In this document: positions 22,867 through 35,292 of the stretch, piece after piece
Layout of the letters: each line of letters begins with the position of its first letter
How positions within the stretch are numbered: the stretch's first letter is position 1
Assembly: GCA_973895155.1 (NCBI GenBank)
Contig: OZ316894.1
Span: forward strand, 15,678,699 to 15,742,698
DNA length: 64,000 nt
Direction of reading: 5' to 3'
DNA from: Marsupella aquatica
Lineage: Eukaryota; Plantae; Marchantiophyta
Translations under genes and position numbers: made by a program
The notes under the pieces: generated by a model
What the model was told of the DNA's origin: nothing
What the model saw: only the letters and a program-made list of their open reading frames with translations
Databases searched by the model: none

Positions 22867-25800
22867 ACAGGAATCACTCGGCCGGTTAAGTGGGTAAAGC
22901 AGGAAGGCACCCTAGGAACACCTTAGTATAGTGACAAAACAAGGAAAATATAAACAATTAGGGGCAACCATGGAACCCGGGCCGAGGCCGGAGGTAAGGC
23001 TAAGGGTGAAAACCCGATTAGGGTTAGGGCACGTTAAGCGTCGGCGGCTAGGAAGGATCAACGGGAAGAAGGACCGGCAGAGGAGAGGGGTAAGGAGCGC
23101 TTGCAGGAGATGGTGGCTCATTTGCGAGCACGAACTAGGCAGACGACTACGGGAGGCCAACTACTGTCAGCTGCTTAGGCAAGCACTCGGGGAGAGAATA
23201 GATACCGACGATCGACCTAAGGAGGGTATGAGCAACGTCAATCAAGCGGCACATTTTTGGGGATGCCTGTTCGAACGGGCAACTGAGTACATCAAGACTT
23301 ACGAGGACGAGGAATTAGAAAGGGCAGCTCGAGAACGGTAGGAGCTCGCTCGATTGTGGGAGCTGCAGAAGATGGCTTTCTTAGGAGGCAAACTCATCAA
23401 GGGCGAGTTCCTGTGGATGCCTACTTCCAATCAACTCGACGATCTTTTGTTTTGCAAAGACAGCGTCGTCGGCATCCGAGAGGCCATCAAGAACTGCAAC
23501 GACATACACTGGGAATTAAAGGGTAGCACGGAAAGGTGGACCCGGGCAATGGTGCTAGGAGAAACCTCCACGGCAGCAGAGATGAAGAGGAAGGGAGCCG
23601 TCAACGATGAAGCCACCCCGGCAAAAAGAACGAGGTCGGCGGCACCAAAGAAGCCAGCCGAGCAGCAGAGCAGGAGGTAGGGAGAAGCCGAAGAGGAGGA
23701 GGTCGATCCCATCAAGGCCATTCCAACCAGGGATGACACCTGGAAGGGCTGGGCGGCAACCCTACCGGTGGAGGTGCAACTACATTTTGCACGGGAGGAG
23801 GATGCATGCTTTACGGCCATGCAGACCAAGAAGTACCAAGGCTTCATGGCCGGATCCGGCTTGGAGGCCTTTGTAAGATTACCATGGCTGAAGCCGGAGG
23901 TACCGGAGTCAGACCTATTAGAATTCGTGGGGTCATGGGAACCCGAGACCAATTGCACGAGGATATATGGGAAGGATTTCTATCTTACTCCCAAGGTAAT
24001 TGCCGAAGTGTTTGGCCTGCCGATAGGCAATAAGACCAAAGTTGATACCAGGAAGACCTTGCCTGACAAGGAGTTCCGGTCGTTCCCCGGGCCATCAACG
24101 AAGAATGGCTTCTTCCGGAACACCTGCACCAACCCGCACATAGGAGAGATGATCGACTTCTTGCGGGTGACCATGCATTGTAACTTGCCGAGGGCAGAGA
24201 TCGGCAAGGCACAGGTCTATCTGGCAGAAAGGCCAGACCCAAGCCGGGACTACAACGGGTACCTCCTCAACCAATTGAAGAAGATCTTAAAGGAGGAGCA
24301 GCAGGTAATCGGCATGGGGAGCGTGTCGCGGCTTGGCTATCACATGCCGCTGTTGTGCCGGTATGCCAGAGGTCAGACTTTTGCCCCGGTACTTCCCCTG
24401 CAGGTAAGGGCACCCGAGGAAGCTCCAACGCCGAGGCCGTTGGCTGAGAAGCCTCAACCACCTGTTAGTCCTACGATCGAGCAGGTGTTTAGGCCCAGGA
24501 AGGAGGACTTGCCGATGCAGCAACCAGGCATGCAGAGTCTGCTGAAACTACTGGAGAAAGAAAAGAAATTGGCATCGGCAACAACAACGGCAACGGCAAC
24601 AATGCAGGACACTACTACAGAGGTAGGCCTACACCGGCTCACAAGAGAAAACCCCTTTGCTGGAGACAAGGAGAGAATCAGGCCGGAATCCAAGCCAGGT
24701 GTTCGAATGTACGTGGGAACCTCAAGCTCCGAATCTGAGGCAGAATTGCCTGAAGCTCCTACCGACGAAGAGGAGAGGGAGAAGCCGGACGTCCAAGAGG
24801 TAGAGGAGGCAGTGGAGGACTACAGCCATGATAATTCCGGCTATGGGTCGGACCATCACGTTCCAGGAGTAAGGACCTGTGGCCGGTTTGTCCCCACACT
24901 TCCAAGGGTAGTGCGAGGGGACCCCAACCAGCAGAGTAGCCCTGAGTCTCCCCCACCAGATGTTGCTCCCCCAAGCTTCGACGGCATAAAACAGACGGTG
25001 CAGGAATTTCAGGAGCGAATCAAGCAGGAGGAAGAGGCCGCCCTGGCTAAGGAAAAGGATTTACCAGGAGGAGATTGGCCGGAGGACATCAGGCGGCTAG
25101 CCGAAAAAGGAAGCAAACCTCTAGCCACGATTGAAGAGATCCGCAGGACGGCTTGGGAGCAGAGGCCACGATGGGCGATGCCGATCACTTCTACTTACTC
25201 CACCTACGCTAAGAATAGAGCCATGGAGTATGGTGAGATGTGTGGGGAACTTGCGCTCGGCATCTTTGGAGAGGAGTTGGAGATAGGACCCTTTTTTCAT
25301 AGGGAGCAGTTGGAGAAGCACCAATTAGAAGAAGCGGTGGCTTTAGAGAGAAGCAAGAAGGACGAGGTCATTCGGCGGCTTAGGAGGATGGAAGCCGAGA
25401 TTGAAGATCTAAGGGCGGCCAAGAAAGCCCAAGATGAACTGCGGATTAAACGACATGAGCTGAACATCATGCAGGGGCAGTTGGACACCGCGCAGGCTGA
25501 TAATCAGAATATCAAGGATAAACTGACTCAGACGCAGGAAGAGTTGGCCGACACGATCAAAGAGAGGGAGAAGTGGAAGCAAGAGCTGAAGAATACAGAG
25601 GAGGCCCACATAACAGCCAACAGCCGGGCCATGGCGGAGACCCAAAGAAAGGAATGGGCGTTGAAAGGGGAGCTCGAGAAAATCCGCGGAGCCCTTGAGC
25701 AGAAGGAGGTCGAGTTAGGGAAATCCTATCAAGGGATTATGGCACTGCAGCAGGAGCTTGCGTCCCTGACGGCCAGCTTCAAGGCCGACCTAAGGGAGAA

Positions 25801-27586
25801 GGACGAGATGCTCGAACAGACTTACGCCAAGATGAACCAGATGGAGTCTGTCATCATTGCAGAGCTCGACAAAGAGCTAAGAGCAACCCAAGAGGAGAGG
25901 GCTACCTTGAAGAAGGAATTGGAGGAAGCCCACAGGGAGCAGGAGGAGGCCAAAAACGAGCTGGAGGGGGCACGTAAGGACCTGGATGAAACCCAAGAGG
26001 AGTTGGAGGAAATCACGAGGAAGATGGAGAACCTACAGCGGCGGGCCGACAACCAAACTGAGCGGCTGAAGAAACAAGCCGCAGTATTTAAATGCTTAGC
26101 TACAGCAGGTCCATCTCCCGTTGGGACAAACCAGTTACCAGGGGTGGTAATTGCCGAAGGACAAGCCGCGTCAACTGCACCAGTGCCAGAAGTAAGTGGG
26201 AAGGGGAAGGGACCAGCTGCCGAGCCACCAACGAAGAAGAAGCGGAAACCTTCAGGGTCAAGAAGTAATACGACTTCACAGGCCGTGGTGATCAAGGAGG
26301 TAGACCCAGCACCGACCCCAGACAGGGTCACGGCTAAGGATCCAACTACCCTAGGGGAAGGGGAGGCCGAAGCCGAGGGAGTGGCTGAAGCCGAAGCCGT
26401 GGGAGTGGCTGAGGCCGAAGCCGAGGGAGTGGCTGAAGCCGAAGCCGTGGGAGTAGCTTAAGCCGAAGCCGTGGGAGTGGCTGAGGCCGAAGCCGTGGGT
26501 ATTGCCGAGGCCGGTGTCGAGGTTGAAGCCGAAGGTGGACCCAGTCAGGCCGATGGAGAGTTGACTCGGTCAAGGGCAGGTAATCTATCAGTAGGCGGGC
26601 CAACGGCAGTGGCTGAGGAGGAAGTGTTGGGGGCGTCCATTGAGGATCCACCACCGGTGTCGTGACGGTGCAAGGGCGCCGTTCCTTTTAGGGAGGGCGG
26701 ACGTGGAGGGAGGAGGCGTGAGTGGGCAGGGCGGGCGCGGATCTCCACGTTTAGGATTAGGATCAGAACCAGGAGCGGCCCTGACACTTAGCTTAGTGGG
26801 ATTGTGGTCCCACTGGTAGGAGCAACACTTGTGCTCCTGCCTTGCTGTACATAGGTAGATTCGGGCAAGTAGATTACTGTCAGGTAGATTAGGCTTACGA
26901 TGCAAAGAATGGCGGATCCACTACCAGGATAAGTACCTGGGCAGCGGGGAGCTCAGGGCCTCTTCTTTAGCAAGTTTTTAGTTTGCACCAGCCGGGCTGG
27001 GATCAAGTAGTACGAGAAGCTCTCGGTTAGTCATACAGTGACCCTTGTGTATATTCATGTTTCCTCATGCCTAAGAGCTGAATAGAGTTGGCCTCACGGC
27101 TTAGTTCGCAGAACTTGTGTATGAGATGTACTGTTTGTATGGCAAGTGCATGGTATGACTCAGTCAGAATGAGTCATTTTGCTATTTGTGTGTCGCATTA
27201 ACTTGTGTGAAGAGTGCCCACATCAACAGAAGGAAGGAAAGTAAGCAGGGGAGTGAGAGTTGGATGTGTCGAGCTGAGAGAGGTCTTAGCGGCTTAACCA
27301 AGCCTATTGGGGATCATTCCGGCGGCGGAATCCAAACATACCTAACAAGACGGAAGGGAAGACAGGGGAAGACAGGGGAAGGCCTATATTAGGCCGGCTA
27401 CGTATCTCATGACCCGATGAAGGATCTGTCCAGTATATGTGTGTAAAATGTTAATAGTAGTAGTAGAAGGTTAGCAGCGTCCCATGCCGCTAAGCCGCGG
27501 AAACGGCCTCGCCAAGCACGAAACCTGCGGGAATCGGCTTGAGCTGGGGGGTTTCTTGGGTTTAGGGAGCCATGGGACGCACCACA
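22855..27586 (+). repeat. Gypsy 3' LTR (4732 bp)
   Basis: Direct repeat of the 5' LTR, 47 bp shorter (two 24-bp units lost, one 1-bp insertion). Confidence 0.97.
22970..26665 (+). pseudogene. LTR-encoded protein, 3' LTR copy (stops ending at 23341, 23680, 26461)
   Basis: In-frame ORFs 22931-23341, 23354-23680, 23768-26461 and 26471-26665. Confidence 0.8.
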
Positions 27587-27943
27587 GAGCGAGTTGATTC
27601 ACTGGGAGCTGCAGATTCATTCTTGGCCTTGATTCTTGGCTTTCGGCTCAGATCAACATGCACAACAACTATCTCGCATTTCTTCTGCAGATCCATTGTC
27701 GACGAGTCCACTTCAATCGCAAGACCCTGCTTCATCTCCGATACATACCTTGCTGGGATTTGAGACTTCTGAAGCTTCATAAAAGCATCTTTCTCCACCT
27801 CGTCGAAAGTTAGATCCCATTTGTCAGTGTCTAGATACCACGGGCAGTGGAGTCTCTCCCACTCTGACAAGGCGCAAAGTGGAAACTTTCCCTCAGTTGG
27901 GTACATCGAATACAGATCAATAAGGTGGTCACTGTCAAACACT

Positions 27944-30900
27944 TGTCAAGGAGCTTAAGCGGTTTTTCTCCCCAAAAGACTACCTAATACCTGCTCCATA
28001 TCATACCAGGGTCACAAAGGATTGACAAAACTTCTGAAATGTGCCTACAATGACTAATCACTCCATACATAAGTAGTTTCAACTCTCCACTTCTAGAGAG
28101 GTAGTCCCCTTGACTACTTTTGTACTCACACCCTTCCCCTCTCCTCTACTCCAAGGATCAGCAAGGGGGATCTCCGTTCCAAGCTGTCACCTTAGAGAAG
28201 AGTCTCACACAAACACCCAAGAACCAAAGTATTTTCCTCTTCAAGCTTAAGTCTCCTCAAGATCCTCAATGTAGTGTTACCCGTCAACCTTGCCCCCTTG
28301 GCCTTGGTTTGGGTCCATACATCCCCTTTGAGCTCTAGAGAAGGCTCCTCTATCTAAGGACTCTTCCTCTTGTTCTTACTTCTTGTTAACACCACTCACC
28401 AAGCAAAATACTTTCCACCCTCAAGCTATAATCCTCTCTAAGTCTCAAAGTAGTGCTCTACCTTAACCTTGCCTCTTGGCCTTGGTTTTGTACTAGCACA
28501 TCCCCTTCAAGCTTAGACCAAGATTACATCATAGCATGGACTCTTCTCTTGCTCTCATATGCTTCAAATGCACTCACACTTAATGGTCACAATGAAGATT
28601 GGCAAGTCTCCTTTTATTGCATCACCTTTACAACAAAAGTTTACTACACATTCTCCACACTAAGCATGGGCCACCTCTCCCTTCTCAAGCTTAGCCCTAC
28701 CTTGGCAAGGTAGAGATTCCACTTAAGAGATGAGACTCCCGGTCCCTAACAAAGGAAAACTTTCTCCTTATATACTATTCTCCTTCCACACCACACCAAG
28801 CTTGACCTGGGGTCCAACTACTCCTCCCCCAAGTCCTCCTAACACACAAAGTCCAACTCTATAGTTTGTAGCTCACTCTACAACCTATTGCTTGACTCCT
28901 TCTAAGCCCTGGAATATGCCACACATGAGTTGCATGCTTTGACCTCCAAACCTGCTCTCACTTATGGTCCTCCTCAGCATCTTCCCAACCCACTTGAAAG
29001 CTCGCAAAAAGAGTGAGTGAGTCTCAAGTTGTGTCATGTCAAAGTTGGCTCCTTATTTACTAGTTCTTACTTACTACCCCGACCTATCAACTTACTTTCC
29101 TTTACCCTAACGGCCTTGCACCTTTACCCTGAGGTACTCTCTTCTCCATGTATCCTAACTTGGGTGACACGAGTGCAAGAAGTGTCGGCCTAAAAACCTG
29201 GTCTTACTTCCCCCATGCCGACTCCTGTTTGCAAGCTATGGGGACCACCTCGTGGCCTCCGCTAAAAATATATTTGAGTGATTATTTTTCTGGGTTTCCA
29301 CCTTCACCAAGAGGTGCCTTACCTTCCCCTAACTCAGCACAAAAAAATTTGGGCCCCAACGGATACCCCTAGCCAAAGTTATGCCCATTCTCCCAAGGCC
29401 TATTTTTGGTGTAAAGCGGGTGTAAGCGGCGACCTGATTACACTTGAACCTTACACGCCCCTTATGGGGATTCCACGTGTCATGAGGGGAGAGTACTCTT
29501 ATTATACTCACGTTTCTTATGAAGAAGATTGATAAGGACACCAATTTTTGCAGCATTTTCCTCTCTTGAATTCAATCTGAAACGGCAACATTCTCTATTG
29601 GATCGAATGACAGCAGGCCAATTGATAGCTCAGCCAGGTCTACAACACCCTTCTCAGTCCACCTCCATAGCCATCCAGCCTTGCAAGTGATTCAAAATCA
29701 CAGCAGAATTTTGCAATAGCCATAGCCCACCAATTCGTAGCTTGCAGCACAACAGCACAGCAGCAGATTCAAAGCATAGCAGCTAATTCGAAGCACAGCA
29801 GCAGCAGCCATAGCTTGATTCCTTCTCAACAACTAGCTCTATTCCAATCACTTAGCCAAGCAGGTCTCTCTTCTCAATTTTGTAGCTGCCCACCTCTGCA
29901 ATTTCGCAGCTAGCAGCAGCATCCATCAATTCAACAGCATCAAGGCAGCAGCCAGCCAATTCAGCAGCATCAAGGTAGCAGCCAGCCAATTCAGCAGCAT
30001 CAAGGCAACAATCAGCCAATTCTCGTGAGCATCTCATGCCTGATTAATAGCAGCACCTCTAATCTATTATGTCGCTGCCATAGCAGCAAGCAACCTTCCC
30101 AATTCAAAGCCAGCCTCCCTATTCCAATCAGCAGCCATAGCTCACAATTCAATTTCACAGTAGCACTGGGTCAAGTCCTTCTCAACAGCAGCTAGCTCAA
30201 TTCAATCCCGCACCTGTCTATTTAGATCAAGAGTGACCTATTTTGATGAGCACTAGCCCTTCAATTAGCCCACCTCATGCATTCCTGCCCATGTCGTGCT
30301 TGCCTGACCTCGTGCTAGTCTGGTCGCAGCCGCGTCGACGCATTTTGACACTTAGAAAATTTTCGTTTTCCTCTCAGGAGAAACAGTTATACTGGCCCCT
30401 CTTGAAGGCCATGCCATAATTCACTCAAATGTCCAAACGTACTTCTGAGCACACTTCTGGAATCCTTGGACATAGGACTCACTCTTAAATTTATCAAACT
30501 CTCTAAACACTCCATAACGACTTTTCTAAAGATACATAAGTTTGACCATATCTATTAAAGCACATTACTATTCCCAATCTTTTAGGTGTTCCCAAAAAGT
30601 AACAAAAGGTGACAAATTATTTATGAGACAATCCAGGGATATTATGGTCTATACTAAACTCAATTCTAACCTCTAACCCACAAAATTTACCCCTTGGCTA
30701 TTTTCTCCGGGGCCCGCTAGTTGGTTATTTTAATTTTTGTCAAAATACTCACAACTCCTAGGTTGAGACCCCACTTGACTTCATACTTTTTCAGGGTTCC
30801 CTAGGGACCTCCCAGCACCTATGGGAGAAATATCAGCCAAAAATAAGATGTTAGGTGTCGGGTCATTTTCCGGTCCCGACTTAGTCGCCTATCCTAACTA

Positions 30901-31104
30901 AGGGTGGAACATTTGCTGCTTACCAAAATCACATTACTTATCCCTTTACATTTGCTTAGAACAACACATTTTCTCCCTTCCATGATTTCCTACTAGCCTT
31001 CCCTAGTGACTTAGGGTTGCAAACCCTAAGTACTTTGCTAACATTACAACAACTTTCTTACTATTCCTTGTACAAACAACAACAAAAATGACAAGTTCCT
31101 TACA
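27944..31104. mobile_element. 3.16-kb non-coding insertion, probable solo LTR
   Basis: TG...CA ends with an imperfect inverted repeat TGT(C)AAGGARCTT. Degenerate 4-bp TSD CACT/TACC. Removal restores QYTVFDSDH of the ParB-MTase exon. Confidence 0.7.
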
Positions 31105-33640
31105 TACCGTATATTGAGCCGGTCCACAGTCACCATCTTTGATCATCACCCACTTTTGAAATGCACCAGGGTAAGCCCACAAAACCTCAGGAGATCTCAA
31201 CTCCATCCACATGTAGAAACGATAAACGTATCGTTTTGCTCGTTTCCTATTCCGCTCTATGTAGTCCTCCTTGTCTGCATACTTTGACGGCCATATTATG
31301 TTGAAAAATTTAGCCTTGACAAGGTCTCCAAATGATTTGAATTCTTCAACGATGGACTTCATGAGACCATCCACGGACTCACAACCAGACTTCACGAGAC
31401 AATCATTTGGCATGTGGTCAAGTACCTGCTCTAGAGAGGTCAGGATCAATCCAGTAGCAATTTCCTCAACTGAATTCCAGACATGCCAGGTATGGCACCA
31501 ATGCTTCACAGGATCATCGTTCACACTAGCCGGATGAAAGAACTGTTTCCGAATCTCCGGAGTACAATGGGCGACGAGAAGAGTGCACCTTAACTTTGGA
31601 TCCAGACAAGTCACTGTAGTGAACAGGCGAGCGTGATCCATAGTGCAAACAATTGTATCGGGTTTCTTTTCTCTTTTGTTCTTCTCTATCACGGGAAACA
31701 TTTTGGCACATGTGGCCAAGTAGTCACCAAAATCAGGGTGCAGTAATGGAGTAATCTTTGTTACTTTGATCGCCCAGTCTTTTGTCGCTTCCTTCATCAT
31801 AGCTTCATGCCTCTTCTGCGTCTCCTCTTTGGACCACGGAGTCCCCTGGGCGGCTGCGAAATCCATGTCCACTTTAAACTGGTTTGTGTAAGACTTAATC
31901 TTGTTCTCACACAAAATGTAGATGAGCGCGTCCTGTGGCATCTTGTGTGTATACCAAGAACCCTTGCGAGTCTTCTTTCGAATGGCTTCAAACTTTGCAA
32001 AACTCGTAGCATCAATGAGGGGTTTGTAGTGCTCGAGGTCGCGTGATAAAAGATGGGAGATTCTGTCTGCATCAAGAATCCAAGATGGCTCGACGACAAC
32101 TTGTCCCAACCTGCATGAAAATTTAAAATGAGATTAGCAGCGTCGGGCGCTAGTTATACAACAAAGGTTATTTGACATGAAAACTCTATCTTGAACTAGT
32201 ACATCGTATTAAATGAGGTTGTCAGGATTAATGACTTACTGGTTTACAGCGTGCATGGCAGCCTCGAGCTCCACAAGGGAACCCTTATCTCCATTGAAGA
32301 CAATGCAAGTCACATGAGGGTGGTACTTAATGTTGTCCGGATGCTCAGCTGTCACAATCGACCACGAATACAAACGGTGATTCCCATCGAAGACACAAAA
32401 CATCTTGTCTTTCAAAACTTTGAAATCTGGATCTGCGTCACACTCTTCCTCAAACTTGTCATTCTTGGCAACCCAGATTGGGTCCCAAGAGGCTCGAATC
32501 TCATTCATGCAAATTTGCGGAACACCATCTGCATTCGTTGGCTGAACGTAGAATGGCATGCCCATTCGTGAATTGTATCCAAAAATTCAGAATGACTCCT
32601 TCAGTTTTTCGATGGAGGCGCTCTATTTCTGCAACGTCCGCATGACTTCCATGTGAAGCAATCGATAAAGAGGAATTTGTGGAGGCTCCTTCTCCAATCC
32701 TCTAAAATCTTTGCCAAAGGACATGACATGCTTGGAGATGTAATCGTCCATTGAAAGTCCAGCAACACCGAAATCAACCCTCGCCACATCCCCAATCGAG
32801 TCCATTTTCCCCCTTCTTGGTCGCGCGTTTGGAAGAGTTGAGCCAAAGTCTATCTGTGAATGAGACGCAGCCAACCAAGTCACGCGACGGGTGTACACGG
32901 AGCCTGAAAAAGAGGACTATGAGGACTCAGAATGACTGGCATGACTATCTCCCATCCTCGTATTACCCAACTCAGAGATGGCGATGGCGTTCAACAGAAC
33001 CTCGGAGAATGTTGTACGCCTCTCTCTGAGTCCCCGATTCAGGACGGAGGACCAAGCTGAGGTACAGAATGTCACGTTCGAACGGGCTGCACCTAGATAA
33101 TTACGGATCTCCCACGAGCGCCAAGGTTAAAAGATGTCGTCCAGAGAACATGAGAATGTTTCTCAACGGTAATGCGAGTGGAGCCAAACACTTGGATGTT
33201 TACAATTGGTCATTGAATCGTCATTAGCGTATCCATAATCTTGAATATTACTGTTAAAATATGACCGTTGATCATGCTGGCGTCAATATTAGCGCCTGGT
33301 GATGCTCCGGTACGTAATGCTGCTGGCCCCAAGAGAGGGACAAGGCCCTCCACGATAGATGCACAGGGTTCTCAGAGGGAGGCTGTAGGCCTTGATCACC
33401 AGACGGAGCACAGACCACGACAAAGCAATCGGCAGCCATAGCACGTTAATGCAGCCAGAACTCAACATACAAATGAGGATGACTTTGCTGGGTTATCTGA
33501 TGAACTACCAAATACCTGTTTGGAAATGCTACGTAAAATTGCCATCAGCTCCACTGGCGATTGGCCTAACACGCTTCACACCAGGATTCAGTGGTCTATA
33601 GAGGAGGACTCTCTCTATTACAGAACTATACAACTGCACA

Positions 33641-35256
33641 ATGATGTGCTATTTCACTAATCGCCCACCGCTACTACCGGTCTTTAGGGACTGGGCTGAA
33701 TCGGTTTTTAATCGTGACTTAGGCTGGCCGATAACTCAGATCAAATTCGCTGGTAAGAATTTTTATGTGATCACGTTTGAATTTCCAAAGCATCGAGATG
33801 CTGCTTTGGAACTGGCCCCCTTCTTCATGGACCGGAAATTTGTATTTACTTTTCCTTGGGACCCATCGTTTGATGCAAGTAGTGATTCATACACGAAATT
33901 GCTAGTCTGGATCGAGCTACCATTTCGAGCACTAGTACTGGAGGGATGCAGGAAACAATTAGCCGAGTCATATGGGAAGGTTCTATACTACATATAGGGT
34001 GACGAGCGCAGCTCCTTCCCCCATGACAGGGCTTGTATATTGTGGGACACCAGCCGAGAAGTACCACGCTGCGTTGGAGTGGATATTACTGCTGGCATCA
34101 CGATTTGGCAGTCTGTAGTATTCAAGAATATACCATATCATTGTTTCAAATGCAACCAAAAAGGCCACTTAGCGTGGGACTACAAAGCACTCGAACAGGA
34201 GGAGAACCCCACCAAACCAATGAAACAATCCGGGATCCTACTACAAGCGAGAGGGTGGGAGAAATATTTCAAGAAGCAAAGACGACGGAGGATATCCCGG
34301 CTGGTGGAAGCCACGCGGCCTTCACAAGTTTGAACACATCTTGTCTGGACACTAGCAATGGTGCAGGAGGAGCTGTCGATCACATGTTGCGTGAACAACG
34401 ACCCAGTGTGCCACATTCAGCCAGCAGGGAGAATTACCAGATTACAACCGCGTCAAGAGAAAGGAGCGTGCTTAGAGAAGCGAGAGGGACCCGTGGGCCT
34501 TTGGACATGGAGCAGAGAGCAGAAGCAGGAAGGAACGCGGGGTCATTGGACAGATCAGACCGGAGAATAAGGAGCGGCGAAGGGAACACATAAGAGAACT
34601 GGGTTTCGTCTCCTTCTGCCAAAAATAGGGTGTCACATAAGGCCACAAGCGCTTATGATCAGGATCAGATTCAAGAGAATCTAGGTGGCAATCAGAACAC
34701 TAATGAGGACTTGAATCCGTTGGCATGGCCAGCCTTGGTGGTCAGTAAGGAAGCTCCGAGGACTAGGCAATCTGCCGGGGACTACGGGTCAACTGGTGCT
34801 TCACCAATTGACTCTCTACGGCTGGGTCCGATGAGGGTCAAAGAGCTAACAGCGATCGAGGAGTATGAAGCTGTGCAAGATGGAAGCGGGGACAAAGAAA
34901 ATCAATCTTATCAGGGGGGCTCTGATATTGAGATGTCTGAATACGAAGAATACATCACCAAAAGTCAACTGAAAAAGGAAAGAGCAAGGGAACTCGAGCT
35001 GAGAACTCCTCCATCTATTAAGAGGAATGACGATACGAGGAAGGACACTAAGAAGGTGAGATCCTTACAATATCCGGGGGCAGAAATTGCTCGCTCTCCC
35101 TATAGAGATCGTTTAAATAGTGAAGATCAAGAACGACGCGAAGGAAGGCAGGTGGAGGAGCAGGAGGATGGAAGTGGAACGACAAGGGATGCTGGACGGG
35201 GTCTCCCCGAGAATAAACTTTCTCCGAGCTGCTCGAGATTGGCTTCTCTGAACTAA
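33641..35256 (+). pseudogene. LINE ORF1 (DUF4283-like plus zinc knuckle), degraded
   Basis: FAGKNFYVITFE...FTFPWDP...VWIELP; CFKCNQKGH; several stops and frameshifts. Confidence 0.75.
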
Positions 35257-35292
35257 ACAAAGGTGGGTACGTAGGTAGGTCCGCAAACGATA

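Larger units (their letters stand above)
11852..27586 (+). mobile_element. Ty3/Gypsy non-chromovirus LTR retrotransposon with ~4.75-kb protein-coding LTRs
   Basis: LTRs 11852-16630 and 22855-27586, both TG...CA. 5-bp TSD GAGCG (11847-11851, 27587-27591). Order gag-PR-RT-RH-INT; no chromodomain seen. Confidence 0.97.
10274..32955 (-). pseudogene. MULE accessory gene: ParB/Srx-like N-terminal domain plus C-terminal N4/N6 DNA-methyltransferase-like domain (~1124 aa reconstructed, 4 exons)
   Basis: Exons 32955-32240; 32110-31105 + 27939-27592 + 11851-11836; 11734-11019; 10846-10274. All three introns are GT-AG and the total is 3375 nt in one frame. Motifs: VFDGNHRLYSW (ParB-like), VDAGFIYLPTG (motif IV-like), LELITLPGDIVMDWIVGAGSTFFVGDHCGRFVVGIE (motif I-like). 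Three premature stops in exon 1. Confidence 0.8.

Noticed and set aside
31003-31104. Hydrophobic C-terminus of ORF 31003-32109
   Set aside because: Read-through into the solo-LTR-like insertion; the gene continues at 27939.
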